The notes beneath the pieces were generated by a model, which was given only the letters and a program-made list of their open reading frames with translations, was not told where the DNA came from and ran no database searches. Of a stretch of DNA of 64,000 nucleotides, positions 27,921 to 38,703 are shown piece by piece (position 1 is the first letter of the stretch; each line of letters begins with the position of its first letter). The position numbers and the translations under genes are program-made. Origin of the DNA: an uncultured bacterium (GTDB lineage Bacteria; Macinerneyibacteriota; Macinerneyibacteria; Macinerneyibacteriales; DSCS01); assembly GCA_964548195.1 (NCBI GenBank), contig CAZJQC010000001.1, positions 88,346 through 152,345 on the forward strand. Reading direction: 5' to 3'.

Positions 27921-30293
27921 ATGAAGGTTACATGGAACTGGCTTAATGAATTTGTGGACCTTGAAGGTCTTGACATAAAGGATATTGAGGACAGGCTTGC
28001 GTCACAGGGCATACATGTGGAAGAAGTCACCAGGCCGGGAGAGTCGATAACGGAAGTCTATGCAGGCCTTATACTCTCGGTCGAAAAACATCCGGATGCG
28101 GACAGGCTGCAGATATGCACCGTGGACATGGGCGCGGAGACGCTGACGATCGTGACCGCTGCGCCTAATGTGAGATCCGGTGTTTATGTGCCTGTCGCGG
28201 TGCACGGGGCGACGTTGCATGGTGGCATGAAGATAAAAAGGGCCAAGCTGAGAGGCGTGGCTTCCGACGGGATGTTCTGCTCCCTCCAGGAATTGGGCCT
28301 TGCTGAAAAATCAGACGGAATACATATCATGGAGGGGGAGCCGGAGAAGGGCAGCCCGGTCCATCCTTACGCCGGACTGGATGATACTGTCATCGATTTT
28401 GAGATCACGGCGAACCGGCCGGACTGTCTGTCCGTCTATGGCATAGCCAGGGAGGTCGCCGTTGCCTCCGGCAGGGAGCTGCGGCCTTTAAACAGGCGGG
28501 TCTTTGCCGGCGACGATGCCGCTCCCGGCGTGAGCGTCAGCGTTAAGGATGCAGACAGATGCCTGCGCTATACCGCGAGACGTCTTGTCGGCGTCAACGT
28601 GTCCGAATCGCCGATACGGATCAGAACGCGCCTTGAGCTTGTGGGGTTGAGAAGCATCAACAACGCGGTTGATATTACAAACTACGTGATGTGGGAATAC
28701 GGGCTTCCGTTGCATGCCTTTGACGCCGGGAAGACCGGCGCGGCCATAGAAGTGCGGAGAGCGGCGGACGGAGAGCCTTTCAAAACACTTTACGGCGACG
28801 ACCTCAAACTTGACGGCGAGGACCTTTTGATAGCGGACGGCAAAAAAGGTATAGCCCTTGCCGGCGTCATAGGCGGCGAGAACTCCGGCGTGTCCGCGGA
28901 TACAAAAGAGATCATACTCGAAGCCGCGCTTTTTGAGCCTTCCGGCGTAAGAGCGACAGCCAAAAGACACGGGCAGAGAACGGATTCCTCATACAGGTTT
29001 GAGCGGGGACTTGACTTTGCCCTGACGGAGATCGCCTCTGCCAGGGCCGCCGGGCTGTTCATGGAACTTGCCGGCGCATCGCTGAGCGGAGGGATCGCGG
29101 ATATTAAAAACCCTCTTTTTGAGCCGGAGCGCGAAGTCTCCCTTCGATGGAAAAGGATGAAGGAAATAATCGGGATCGAAATACCCCGCAAGGAGGCCAG
29201 ACAATATTTTGAAAAGCTTTCATACGGCGTTACGGACACGCCGGACGGCCTTTCTCTGCGCGTGCCTTCATCCAGGTACTGGGATATATGCAGGGAGATA
29301 GACCTGATAGAAGAGGTGGCGAGGTTCTACGGCTATGACAAGATACCTGAGACATTGCCGCTGATGCGCATGAGAAAAGGGTCTGTGGCCGGGGAAGAAC
29401 TTCTGGAAGATGAAGCTATGCGCATAGCCGAGGGAAACGGATTCTTTGAGGTGTACACCTTTCCCATGATGTCCGCGGATCTGCTTAATATCACGGGCCA
29501 CAAAGCGGAATCATGCTACCGTGTGACAAACCCGCTGAACATAGAGATGGAATACATGACGCCGGAGCCCCTGGTCGGGCTGCTTAAGGTCGCTGAGACG
29601 AATATAAAACGCGGGGTCCGGGATGTCAGGATATACGAGAGGACAAGAAGTTTTGCCGTTTCCGAAGGCGAACGCGATGTCATCTCATTTTTGTGTGCAG
29701 GCGAGGCGGTGAAGCGTTTTCACCGCAAAGACGAGACGCTGGGATTTTTCGACATGAAGGGGCTTGTGGATGAGCTGGGAAAGATGTTCCCCGAGGACAA
29801 GCGGGAATGGGCGTCCGTGCGGAAAGAGATCTGGGAGGAAGGTACGGGTACCGTCCTTCTCGTCGAAGGCTGTCCGGTGGCCGAGTTCGGGGCTGTAAAA
29901 GGGGCCGTGGCGGGAGCGTTTGACCTGAAGCAGGAGGTCTGGGCGGGATATTTCTACACCCATGACGCGGCAGAGCATTATGATGACAGGCGCCGGTTCA
30001 AACCCTTTTCACAGTATCCTCCGATGCTTTATGATCTCGCCTTTGTCGTGGATGAGTGTGTAAAGGCCGGGGAGATGAGGGATTTTATCGCTGAAAAAAG
30101 CGGCGCCCTGCTTCAACGCATATGGATATTTGACCTTTACCAGGGCAAGAGCCTTGAGCAGGGGAAGAAGAGCATAGCCTTTTCCCTGGAGTTCAGGTCC
30201 GGAGAGAGGACTTTGAATGAAAAAGAGATAGGTGCTATAATAGAGAGACTGGTGAAAGAGGTGTCCGGACAATATGGCGCCGTATTGAGGTGA
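27921..30293 (+). CDS. pheT: Phenylalanine--tRNA ligase beta subunit
   Basis: 790 aa, N-terminal tRNA-binding domain MKVTWNWLNEFVDL, B3/4 and B5 domains, C-terminal FDLYQGKSL...SIAFSLEFR. Confidence 0.92.
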   Translation: MKVTWNWLNEFVDLEGLDIKDIEDRLASQGIHVEEVTRPGESITEVYAGLILSVEKHPDADRLQICTVDMGAETLTIVTAAPNVRSGVYVPVAVHGATLHGGMKIKRAKLRGVASDGMFCSLQELGLAEKSDGIHIMEGEPEKGSPVHPYAGLDDTVIDFEITANRPDCLSVYGIAREVAVASGRELRPLNRRVFAGDDAAPGVSVSVKDADRCLRYTARRLVGVNVSESPIRIRTRLELVGLRSINNAVDITNYVMWEYGLPLHAFDAGKTGAAIEVRRAADGEPFKTLYGDDLKLDGEDLLIADGKKGIALAGVIGGENSGVSADTKEIILEAALFEPSGVRATAKRHGQRTDSSYRFERGLDFALTEIASARAAGLFMELAGASLSGGIADIKNPLFEPEREVSLRWKRMKEIIGIEIPRKEARQYFEKLSYGVTDTPDGLSLRVPSSRYWDICREIDLIEEVARFYGYDKIPETLPLMRMRKGSVAGEELLEDEAMRIAEGNGFFEVYTFPMMSADLLNITGHKAESCYRVTNPLNIEMEYMTPEPLVGLLKVAETNIKRGVRDVRIYERTRSFAVSEGERDVISFLCAGEAVKRFHRKDETLGFFDMKGLVDELGKMFPEDKREWASVRKEIWEEGTGTVLLVEGCPVAEFGAVKGAVAGAFDLKQEVWAGYFYTHDAAEHYDDRRRFKPFSQYPPMLYDLAFVVDECVKAGEMRDFIAEKSGALLQRIWIFDLYQGKSLEQGKKSIAFSLEFRSGERTLNEKEIGAIIERLVKEVSGQYGAVLR

Positions 30294-30297
30294 GTGG

Positions 30298-30477
30298 ATG
30301 GAGAATGCCGTTGAACTTTTGGAGAGACAGGTCAATGCTTTAATAGACCGCCTGGAACATCTCAACGGCGAGATAAAGAAATTGGAGAACGAGAACCGCG
30401 CTTTGAGGGAAAAACAGAGGCTCGGGCTGCTGAAACTGCGTAAATTGCTTGACACCCTTGATAATCTGGGTTTGTGA
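30298..30477 (+). CDS. ZapB-like small coiled-coil protein (59 aa). Absent from the supplied ORF track because it falls below the 60-aa cutoff
   Basis: Translated by eye: MENAVELLERQVNALIDRLEHLNGEIKKLENENRALREKQRLGLLKLRKLLDTLDNLGL. Heptad leucine pattern. Sits between pheT and zapA. Confidence 0.5.
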   Translation: MENAVELLERQVNALIDRLEHLNGEIKKLENENRALREKQRLGLLKLRKLLDTLDNLGL

Positions 30478-30482
30478 GGACG

Positions 30483-30746
30483 ATGAACACGATTGAACTT
30501 GAAATACTTGGAAAAACATATAAGATTAATTCAGACAAGGATGTGCGCGAGATCGCGGCCATAGCGGATTTTCTGAAAGGCAAGATCGAGGGGATCCGGG
30601 CGGAAAGCGGTATTGAGTCGTCCAAGGACCTGTTGGTGCTGACGTTGCTGACAGTGATTGAGGAATATTGGGACTTGAGGGAGGAGCACGAAAAAATTAA
30701 CTTGGAAATCGATGAAATAGAAAAAACGATAGAAAGACACCTATGA
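30483..30746 (+). CDS. zapA: Cell division protein ZapA
   Basis: NTIELEILGKTYKINSDKDVREIAAIADFLKGKIEGI matches the ZapA N-terminal fold pattern, with a C-terminal coiled coil. The ORF track's start (GTG 30474) is an alternative. Confidence 0.75.
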   Translation: MNTIELEILGKTYKINSDKDVREIAAIADFLKGKIEGIRAESGIESSKDLLVLTLLTVIEEYWDLREEHEKINLEIDEIEKTIERHL

Positions 30747-30999
30747 TGAATTATATTGCACATACTTTTTACACGTGTTATCATATAACTGCCTGCGGTG
30801 CCAGAGGGGGCCTATTTTTGTTGAGCCAACATAATTCCCAGGGAAGCTTTTCGCGAATGGTGGAGCTTGATGCAAAGCCGTTTATAAAGCGTCCACGTTG
30901 AATAAGGGACTCAACTAAAAGGGTGTACCACTGTATCGCGGGCATCTTTCTTCGATTTCATCTGCTTCTCACTAGAGTTAATCACATACGGAGGTGAGC

Positions 31000-32553
31000 A
31001 TGATGAATCCTTTATTTATTATCGGAGCCCTTGGCGCCGGTATATTTGCGGGTTACTTCATAAGGATCTTTATAAGCGGAAAATTAAAACAGAGTCTCGA
31101 GTCGCAGGCGAAAAACATCATCAGCGAGGCGCATACGGAATCAGAGTCCATAAAGAGAGAGGCCAAGCTTGTCGCGAAAAGCGAGATGTACGAGCTGAGG
31201 AACAAGTTCGAACAGGAGAAAGACGAAAAAAACAAGTCGCTTCAGAAGTTTGAGCAGCGCCTTATGCAGAAGGAAGAAAACCTTGACAAAAGAATAAACA
31301 CATTGGAAAAACGCGAGCGTGAGCTGATCGATTCCGAAAAAGCCCTGGAAGCCAGGAACCGCAAGATCGAGGAAAAAGCCGGAGAACTTGATGCCATACG
31401 CGAACAGGAGATCGAGGAGCTGAGCAAAATATCTGGTATGAACCGCGAAGAGGCAACCGACCATTTTCTTGCCAAGGTGGCCGAAGAAGCCCAGGACGAA
31501 GCGGAGCATCTTGCCAAAAAGATCAAAGACGAGATCGTTGAAAAGGCGGAAAGCGAAGCCACCAAGATAATAGTCGAGGCGATTCAGCGCACGGCGGTGG
31601 ACACCGTCTCCGACCACACTGTCTCCGTGGTCTCATTGCCCAATGACGAGATGAAAGGGCGCATAATCGGAAGAGAAGGCCGTAACATCAGGACTCTGCA
31701 GCGTGTGACCGGGGTGGACATAATCATAGACGACACTCCCGAAGCGGTCACGCTTTCGGGATACGACCCCGTAAGAAGAGAAGTCGCAAGACAGGCGCTG
31801 GAAAAGCTCATTGTCGACGGCAGGATACATCCGAGCCGCATAGAGGATATCGTCGCAAAAAGCCGTAAGGAGATAGACAAGAAGATCCGCGAGGAAGGCG
31901 AAAAAGCGGTCATCGACCTCAATATACCCCATGTACATAAGGAAATAGTCAGACTCATAGGCAGGCTTCAGTTCAGGACGAGTTACGGCCAGAACGTGCT
32001 CAACCACAGCAAGGAAGTCTCCATAGTAATGGGTATAATGGCAGGCGAGCTGGGATTGAAGGTCAGTCTGGCGAAGAGAATAGGGCTTCTTCACGACATA
32101 GGAAAAGCTGTCGATTTTGAGATGGAGGGGACTCATGCCCAGATAGGAAGCGACCTGTCCAAAAAGTACGGCGAAAAACCCATATTGTATAACGCTGTCG
32201 CGGCCCATCACGGAGAGATCGAATGCGATTCCGTATACGCCGTCCTTCTGATGGCCGCGGATGCTATTTCGGCCGCCCGTCCCGGCGCCCGGAGGGAAAG
32301 CCTCGAATCATATATAAAAAGGCTTGAAAAACTTGAGGGGATCGCCACGGGATTCGCGGGTGTCGAAAAGGCCTATGCGATACAGGCCGGCCGGGAAGTC
32401 AGGATCATCATCTCGCCGGATGATGTGGACGACATAAAGGCGGGAAAGATCGCAAAGGAGATCGCCGCAAAAATAGAGGGCGAACTCGATTATCCCGGCA
32501 TGATAAAAGTGAACGTGATCAGGGAAAAAAGATATATAGAGTATGCGAAGTAA
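31000..32553 (+). CDS. rny: Ribonuclease Y
   Basis: N-terminal TM helix, long coiled coil, KH domain ([12 protein letters not shown]), HD domain ([10 protein letters not shown]...AAHHGE). Confidence 0.92.
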   Translation: MMNPLFIIGALGAGIFAGYFIRIFISGKLKQSLESQAKNIISEAHTESESIKREAKLVAKSEMYELRNKFEQEKDEKNKSLQKFEQRLMQKEENLDKRINTLEKRERELIDSEKALEARNRKIEEKAGELDAIREQEIEELSKISGMNREEATDHFLAKVAEEAQDEAEHLAKKIKDEIVEKAESEATKIIVEAIQRTAVDTVSDHTVSVVSLPNDEMKGRIIGREGRNIRTLQRVTGVDIIIDDTPEAVTLSGYDPVRREVARQALEKLIVDGRIHPSRIEDIVAKSRKEIDKKIREEGEKAVIDLNIPHVHKEIVRLIGRLQFRTSYGQNVLNHSKEVSIVMGIMAGELGLKVSLAKRIGLLHDIGKAVDFEMEGTHAQIGSDLSKKYGEKPILYNAVAAHHGEIECDSVYAVLLMAADAISAARPGARRESLESYIKRLEKLEGIATGFAGVEKAYAIQAGREVRIIISPDDVDDIKAGKIAKEIAAKIEGELDYPGMIKVNVIREKRYIEYAK

Positions 32554-33361
32554 TATAAGAGTCCTCTTCCTGGGGGACATCTACGCGGGGCCGGGCAGGG
32601 AGGCCGTCAAGCGCCTTCTTCCCTCCCTGAAGGATGAAAGAAAGATCGATTTCGCAGTGGTCAACGGGGAGAATCTGGCCGGCGGGTCCGGCATAACCTC
32701 TTCCACCGTGAACGAGATGTTCGCGGCGGGGGTGGACTGCATCACCTCGGGAAACCACGTGTGGAGACAGAAGGAAGCCTTTGTCCTCCTGGAGGAGGAC
32801 CGGCGCCTGATACGCCCTTTCAACTACCCTCCGGGCACGCCCGGGCGGGGATGGTCCGTGTTTACCGTGCGGGGGAAGAAGGTGGCCGTGGTCAACCTTC
32901 TGGGGAGAATATTCATGGATCCGGTCGATTGCCCCTTCCGCGCCGCGGATGCGGCTCTGGCGGAGATCGGAGAAGAGACAAAGATCATATTATGTGACAT
33001 ACACGCGGAGGCGACTTCGGAAAAGATCGCGCTCAGCTGGTATCTTGACGGAAGGGTGTCCGCCGTGATAGGCACCCATACCCATGTACAGACCTCTGAT
33101 GAACGCATACTTCCCGGCGGCACGTCGGCGATCACCGATGCCGGTATGACAGGAAGCCATGACTCTGTAATAGGTGTCGAAAAGGATATCATAATACGCC
33201 GTTTCCTGACCGGATTGCCGGAAAGGTTCGTTCAGGGAAAAGAGGATATATGGATCAGCGGCGTCATCGTCGAGATCGACGCGCTCAGCGGCACTGCGGT
33301 TGGCATAGAACGCATTCAGGAAAGAGGAGTTGACAGAAATGGCTATTTTATTAAGAGGTAA
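32543..33361 (+). CDS. YmdB-like 2',3'-cyclic-nucleotide phosphodiesterase (TIGR00282-type metallophosphoesterase)
   Basis: [39 protein letters not shown] metallophosphatase motifs. Conserved rny-ymdB pairing. Confidence 0.85.
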   Translation: MRSNIRVLFLGDIYAGPGREAVKRLLPSLKDERKIDFAVVNGENLAGGSGITSSTVNEMFAAGVDCITSGNHVWRQKEAFVLLEEDRRLIRPFNYPPGTPGRGWSVFTVRGKKVAVVNLLGRIFMDPVDCPFRAADAALAEIGEETKIILCDIHAEATSEKIALSWYLDGRVSAVIGTHTHVQTSDERILPGGTSAITDAGMTGSHDSVIGVEKDIIIRRFLTGLPERFVQGKEDIWISGVIVEIDALSGTAVGIERIQERGVDRNGYFIKR

Positions 33362-34172
33362 GCCGGTTGCCGATGCGCTAAAGACGGAAATCACCGATTT
33401 TTCACGGGAGCACAGGATCACCATAGCCGTCATACAAGTGGGAAACGACGAGGCATCGACCGCCTACAGGAAGGCCAAGACAAGAAGGGCCGTTGAACTG
33501 GGCATACGGTTCGAGGAATATCTTTTTGACGTTTTTGTGCCCATTGAAGACATACTCTCCCTTATAGAACGGCTTAACGCAAGGGATGAGATCAACGGCA
33601 TCTTTGTGGAGCAGCCATTGCCCCGCGGCTTTGACAAAGAGGCCATCGCAGATGCCATACGCCCTGACAAGGACATCGACGGCTCTACAAAAGGCAATTC
33701 CGCCGCCCTTTATTTGGGAAAAAAAGGCATATTCCCGGCCACGGCCGAAGCGGTCATGGCGATCTTAAGATATTATGACGTGCAGCCCGGAGGCCGGACA
33801 GCAGTCGTAGTGGGCCGCAGCAACGTGGTGGGCAAACCCCTTTCCATGATGCTTCTCCATGCGGATGCGACCGTTACTGTCTGTCATTCAAAGACCGCGG
33901 ACCTTAGCGGGGTCGTCTCCCGGGGCGATATAGTGGTGGCTGCCGTTGGCAAAGCGGGCCTGATAGGAGCCGGCCATATCAAAGAGGGGGCCGTTGTCAT
34001 CGATGCCGGATACAATGTGGGCGCGGAAGGAGTGTCCGGAGACGTCGATTTTAAAAATGCCGAAACAAAGGCGGAGATGATCACGCCGGTTCCGGGCGGG
34101 GTGGGTTCGGTGACAAATGTCATGGTATTTTCAAACCTCGTAAAAGCCTATAAGATCCAGCATGGATTATAA
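33339..34172 (+). CDS. folD: Bifunctional methylenetetrahydrofolate dehydrogenase/cyclohydrolase
   Basis: [52 protein letters not shown] 9 nt upstream. Confidence 0.9.
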   Translation: MAILLRGKPVADALKTEITDFSREHRITIAVIQVGNDEASTAYRKAKTRRAVELGIRFEEYLFDVFVPIEDILSLIERLNARDEINGIFVEQPLPRGFDKEAIADAIRPDKDIDGSTKGNSAALYLGKKGIFPATAEAVMAILRYYDVQPGGRTAVVVGRSNVVGKPLSMMLLHADATVTVCHSKTADLSGVVSRGDIVVAAVGKAGLIGAGHIKEGAVVIDAGYNVGAEGVSGDVDFKNAETKAEMITPVPGGVGSVTNVMVFSNLVKAYKIQHGL

Positions 34173-35604
34173 GGTATATTCTGTCACTGAGTTAAACGGG
34201 CAGATCAAACATCTTATAGAAGATTCTTTTTCGCTCAACCTCTATTTGGAGGGCGAGATCACCGATTATAAAAAAAGTTCCTCCGGACATGTGTATTTTA
34301 CTCTGTCGGACGAAAAAAGCCGCATAAACTGTGTGATGTGGCGTTTCAGGGCGTCGGCGATGCCGGCAACCCTTGAAAAAGGGACCTATGTCATCATAAA
34401 AGGCAAACTCAATGTATACGCAGAGGGCGGATATTATTCCTTCATAGCGGATAAACTCGATATATCGGGCGAAGGCGTCAAAAGACTCAAACTGGAACAG
34501 CTCAAAAAAAAGCTCCGGGAAGAGGGGCTTTTTTCGCCCGACCGTAAAAAGCGGCTTCCGCTTTTGCCGAAAAAAGTCGGCGTGGTGACCGCTGAGACCG
34601 GAGCCGCATTCCGGGATATTGTAAAGGTGCTCGGCAGGCGTAACGGTTTCGCGGATATAATTCTTGCCCCGTGCGCGGTGCAGGGCCCCGGCGCTCCGGA
34701 GTCGATAGCAGCCGCCATAGAGGCCCAGAACAAATTGGGGCTTGCGGACGTCCTTATCGTGGGGCGTGGCGGGGGAGGCAGTGAAGACCTCTCGGCTTTC
34801 GACGATGAAAGGGTCGTCAGGGCGGTCGCGGCCTCACGCATACCCGTCGTCTCGGCGGTGGGACATGAGACGGATAATTCCCTTACCGACCTTGCCGCGG
34901 ACCTGAGGGCCGAAACACCCTCTTCGGCGGCGGAGAAAGTCATGGAAAACCTTGTCTCTCTTGAGGATAAATTGCTTGTTTCTTTCAGCAGGCTGCGCGG
35001 AGCCGCGTCGCATGCGCTGAATGGGGCAAGAGAGTATTCATACGGCATGGAAAGGCGGCTCTTCGGCCGGGAGCCGCGAAAGATGTTCGGGGACATGAGA
35101 AGACAGCTTAACGACACAGCCGGACGGATGTTCAGGATATCCGATATGATAGCAGAGGATAAAAGAAGAGATTTTTCAGAACTGAAAAAAAGAACCGGCG
35201 CGGCTGCCGCGACGATGATAGGGGTGCCGTCTGAAAAAAACGATATGCTGCGCAGGGAATTGATGCATCTGGCACCGGACATGCCTCTTTGCGTCAGCGG
35301 ACTGAAGAACCTGAGGGACCGGCTGGCTTCATCCGCGGAAGCCCAGTCCGGGCAAAAAAGGGGGGACTTTGCGGTGCGCGTTTCGGGACTGCGCGGCAAA
35401 AGCCCGCTTTCAATACTGGAGAAAGGTTACTCGCTTGTCTTTAAGGGAGGCGCGCCCGCGGGAGACATATCCGTGCTTTCACCGGGGGACGAGATCACCG
35501 TGATACTGCATGACGGTGCGGTATACGGCGAGGTGAAGGGTATTAAAAAGACAGGGAAAGGAGGATTGATTGAATACTTACGAGGAGAAGATGAAAAGGC
35601 TTGA
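34162..35604 (+). CDS. xseA: Exodeoxyribonuclease VII large subunit
   Basis: N-terminal OB fold YSVTELNGQIKHLIE...GEITDYKKSSSGHVYFTLSDEKSRINCVMW, catalytic core VGVVTAETGAAFRDI, 480 aa. Confidence 0.9.
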   Translation: MDYKVYSVTELNGQIKHLIEDSFSLNLYLEGEITDYKKSSSGHVYFTLSDEKSRINCVMWRFRASAMPATLEKGTYVIIKGKLNVYAEGGYYSFIADKLDISGEGVKRLKLEQLKKKLREEGLFSPDRKKRLPLLPKKVGVVTAETGAAFRDIVKVLGRRNGFADIILAPCAVQGPGAPESIAAAIEAQNKLGLADVLIVGRGGGGSEDLSAFDDERVVRAVAASRIPVVSAVGHETDNSLTDLAADLRAETPSSAAEKVMENLVSLEDKLLVSFSRLRGAASHALNGAREYSYGMERRLFGREPRKMFGDMRRQLNDTAGRMFRISDMIAEDKRRDFSELKKRTGAAAATMIGVPSEKNDMLRRELMHLAPDMPLCVSGLKNLRDRLASSAEAQSGQKRGDFAVRVSGLRGKSPLSILEKGYSLVFKGGAPAGDISVLSPGDEITVILHDGAVYGEVKGIKKTGKGGLIEYLRGEDEKA

Positions 35605-35803
35605 AGAGATAGTCGAAAGGCTGGAGATGAGAGACGTGCCCCTTAACGAGGCGCTGGAGATCTTTGAGGAAGGCGTCCGGCTGGTCAGGGAAATAGACGC
35701 GATGCTGCATGGAGCAGAGGGCAAAATACAGAAACTCATGGAGGGGCTGAGACTTCAGTCCGCAGATGAGACTACAGACAGCGGGAGTGGCATTGAAGCA
35801 TGA
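35570..35803 (+). CDS. xseB: Exodeoxyribonuclease VII small subunit
   Basis: YEEKMKRLEEIVERLEMRDVPLNEALEIFEEGVRLVR matches the XseB helical hairpin. TTG start with AGGAGG RBS 5 nt upstream; overlaps xseA. Confidence 0.8.
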   Translation: MNTYEEKMKRLEEIVERLEMRDVPLNEALEIFEEGVRLVREIDAMLHGAEGKIQKLMEGLRLQSADETTDSGSGIEA

Positions 35804-36662
35804 CAGGAGAACCGCTGTATTCTACATGATACTCTCTTCTGCCTCTTTTGCCCTCATGGGGGGGTGTGTCAAACTTGCCGGAGACGTCCCTCTTTTCATG
35901 AAAGTCTTTGTCCGCAATCTGGTGATCATGGTGATCATTTTCATCTCGGCCGGCAAAGCGGGACGGCGAAACATCAGGGGCGAAAGGCGGAACCTGCCGG
36001 CGCTGCTGGCCAGGGCTTTTTTCGGCCTTACCGCCGTGGTCTTTTACTTTTATTCCATAAGATACCTGCCGCTTTCCGATTCCGCCATGCTCAACAGGAT
36101 CTCCCCTTTTTTCGTGACTGTCTTTGCGGTGTTTTTTCTTAAGGAAAAAGCGTCCGCGCTGCAATGGCCGCTTCTGGCGGCTGCTTTCGCGGGAGCCGTC
36201 ATGATCATCAAACCCGGTTTTGACCTTTCGCTTATGCCGGCTGTCGCCGGGTTTTTTTCCGCGGTGCTGGCAGGGGCGGCCTACACACTGGTGCGGCATC
36301 TTGGCGTTAAGGGGGAAAAGCCCTTTACCATAATATTCTATTTTTCCGTGGTGTCTTTTGCGGCCACGCTGCCGGCAGCCGTATTGACGTTTCGGATGCC
36401 GACGCTGTTTCAGGCCCTGTTGCTTGGCCTTACGGGGTTGTTCGCCGCGGGAGGGCAGTATTATCTCACCGCCGCATACTCAAAAGCGCCGGCCAATGAA
36501 ATATCCATATACAACTATATGAACGTGTTGTTTGCCGCCATAATAGGATTTTTTCTATGGGGGGAAGTGCCCGATATGATGTCGGCGGCCGGGGCGCTGC
36601 TGATCGTTCTCAGCGCATATATGATGTTCAGGACCACAGCTTTGAAAAGAGGTGTACGATGA
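35766..36662 (+). CDS. EamA/DMT-superfamily transporter (start uncertain; alternative ATG at 35826)
   Basis: Ten hydrophobic helices in two repeated halves, typical of EamA. The 35766 start overlaps xseB; the 35826 start lacks an RBS. Confidence 0.7.
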   Translation: MRLQTAGVALKHDRRTAVFYMILSSASFALMGGCVKLAGDVPLFMKVFVRNLVIMVIIFISAGKAGRRNIRGERRNLPALLARAFFGLTAVVFYFYSIRYLPLSDSAMLNRISPFFVTVFAVFFLKEKASALQWPLLAAAFAGAVMIIKPGFDLSLMPAVAGFFSAVLAGAAYTLVRHLGVKGEKPFTIIFYFSVVSFAATLPAAVLTFRMPTLFQALLLGLTGLFAAGGQYYLTAAYSKAPANEISIYNYMNVLFAAIIGFFLWGEVPDMMSAAGALLIVLSAYMMFRTTALKRGVR

Positions 36663-37777
36663 TATTGGCAGCAGTCTGTTCTTTTGGTATGGAAACGGCT
36701 TTGTCCGGCGAAATAAAACGCGCGGGGCTGAAAAAGACCTTTTCCGACGACGGATTCATCTGCTTTGAAGGGGAGGAGCGCGACCTGGCGGCCTCGCTGA
36801 TGATGTTCAGGACGGCCGACAGGCTGTTTGTCTCCGCCGGGGATTTCGACGCCCGCGATTTTGACGGCCTCTACGAGGGGCTGCGCTACATCGAATGGGA
36901 GCGCTACATACGTATGGATGATAAGATCGTGGTGAATGCCTCCATAAAAAAGAGCCCTTTTAAAAGCGAGCGGTATTGCCAGGCGACCGCCAAAAAAGCC
37001 CTGACGGACAGGCTTGGAGCCTATTACGGGCTCAGCCGCATGCCGGAGACCGGGGAGCGGGCGGATATCCTCCTCAGAATACGGGGGGAAAGGGTGAGCG
37101 TTCTTGTGGATGCCGGAGGGGGCGGACTGCATAACAGGGGATACTCACTGAAAAGAGGACTTGCTCCCATGCGGGAGACGCTCGCGGCGGGCATGGTGCT
37201 TCTCAGCAGATGGCGCGGCAAAGAGACCATAACAGACCCGTTTTGCGGCTCAGGCACGATCGCAATAGAGGCCGCAATGATAGCCGCGGACATCGCTCCC
37301 GGCTGTAAAAGAAAAAACGCGGCGGAAAACTGGCCCTCCTCCGACCCCGCCCTGTGGAGCTCCGTGAGGGAAGAGATGGAAGGCCGCGGCAGGAAGCCCG
37401 GCGTTGATATAGTCGCGCGGGACATAAATCCCGTGATAATAGAGGCCGCCAAAGAAAATGCCCGCAGGGCGGGCGTGGACGGCATGATACGCTTTGAAGC
37501 GGGAGACGCGGCCGATATAGTGCTCGGACCCGGCCCCGGACTGATAATAGCAAATCCTCCGTTCGGGATCAGGCTTCAGGATGAACAGGAGGCCGCCGCC
37601 ATCTATGAGGCGTTCGGCGAAGTGTATATGAAGGCGGAGAGATGGGACCTTTCTCTTATCACATCCTATGAAGGGTTCGAACACGTGTTCGGCGCCCGGG
37701 CTTCACGCAACCGAAAACTTTATAACGGCAGGATAAAAAGTTATCTTTATTTTTACTATGGTGCGGACAATGGCTGA
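36659..37777 (+). CDS. THUMP-domain class I SAM-dependent RNA methyltransferase (RlmL/YpsC-like N-methylase)
   Basis: SAM-binding DPFCGSGTIAIEAA, catalytic IANPPFG (D/NPPF/Y). ATGA overlap with the preceding gene, AGAGGTG RBS. Confidence 0.8.
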   Translation: MILAAVCSFGMETALSGEIKRAGLKKTFSDDGFICFEGEERDLAASLMMFRTADRLFVSAGDFDARDFDGLYEGLRYIEWERYIRMDDKIVVNASIKKSPFKSERYCQATAKKALTDRLGAYYGLSRMPETGERADILLRIRGERVSVLVDAGGGGLHNRGYSLKRGLAPMRETLAAGMVLLSRWRGKETITDPFCGSGTIAIEAAMIAADIAPGCKRKNAAENWPSSDPALWSSVREEMEGRGRKPGVDIVARDINPVIIEAAKENARRAGVDGMIRFEAGDAADIVLGPGPGLIIANPPFGIRLQDEQEAAAIYEAFGEVYMKAERWDLSLITSYEGFEHVFGARASRNRKLYNGRIKSYLYFYYGADNG

Positions 37778-38693
37778 AAAATGGTTTTTGGCGGTGAACC
37801 CGCACGCGGGGTCGGACAAGGGCATCCGGCGCTGGGACAGTATTGAGCGCGCCCTTGTCGAAGCGGGCGTGGATTTTTCCTTTCTCTTTACCGGAAAACG
37901 TCTTGACGCCCGGGAGATGGTGAAAGAGGCCATAGGCGACGGCTGGCGGAATATTGCGGCGGTCGGCGGCGACGGTACCGTAAACGAGGTGGTGAACGGG
38001 ATATTCAGCCAGGATGTCGTGCCTGCCGGGGCGATACGCTTCGGCCTGATACAGGTGGGAACGGGCAATGACTGGGCGCGTTCTGTCGCGCGGGCAAACG
38101 GACTCCCGGGCGGCGTGAACGCCCTCCTTTCAGAAAAAGAGGCCGTTCAGGACGTGGGGTATGCGGATTACCGTACATCGGGGGGAAAAGAACGCAGATA
38201 TTTTGTCAACATGGCGGGTTTCGGCTTTGACGCGGAAGTGGCATTTAGGACCAATCGCTCAAAAGACCTGGGAAAAGGCGGCCGCTTTTCCTACTTAAGA
38301 AACCTGCTGGCCGCCCTGATCCGATATCGCCCCGCGGAAACGGAACTGGTCATCGACGGGGTGAGGCATGAGAGGGTCTTGTTCTCTCTTGCCGCGGGCA
38401 TCGGCAGGTTCAATGGAAACGGCATGGAACAGCTTCCCCGCGCCGTGATGGATGACGGTTATCTTGACTATGTGATATACGGTGACTTGAAGCGCCTCGA
38501 GATAGCGGCTAATATTAAAAAGCTTTATCGAGGCGGCCTGGAAGGGCACCCCAAAGTGGAGTACGGACGATGCCGGGCCATGATGATACGGGGAAACAGA
38601 GACCTTAGATGCGAATGTGACGGGGAGATGGTGGAAGAGGGTCCCTATGAGATCGGCCTGATACCCCGCGCGCTGCGGGTGGCTGTTCCGTGA
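37758..38693 (+). CDS. Diacylglycerol-kinase-family lipid kinase (YegS/BmrU-like)
   Basis: FLAVNPHAGSDKG, AVGGDGTVNEVVNG, GTGNDWARS. Confidence 0.85.
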   Translation: MVRTMAEKWFLAVNPHAGSDKGIRRWDSIERALVEAGVDFSFLFTGKRLDAREMVKEAIGDGWRNIAAVGGDGTVNEVVNGIFSQDVVPAGAIRFGLIQVGTGNDWARSVARANGLPGGVNALLSEKEAVQDVGYADYRTSGGKERRYFVNMAGFGFDAEVAFRTNRSKDLGKGGRFSYLRNLLAALIRYRPAETELVIDGVRHERVLFSLAAGIGRFNGNGMEQLPRAVMDDGYLDYVIYGDLKRLEIAANIKKLYRGGLEGHPKVEYGRCRAMMIRGNRDLRCECDGEMVEEGPYEIGLIPRALRVAVP

Positions 38694-38703
38694 GAGAGAG
38701 GGG

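Noticed and set aside
34434-35399. 321-aa minus-strand ORF inside xseA
   Set aside because: Antisense to a confidently identified xseA. Ser/Ala/Arg-rich low-complexity translation typical of shadow frames
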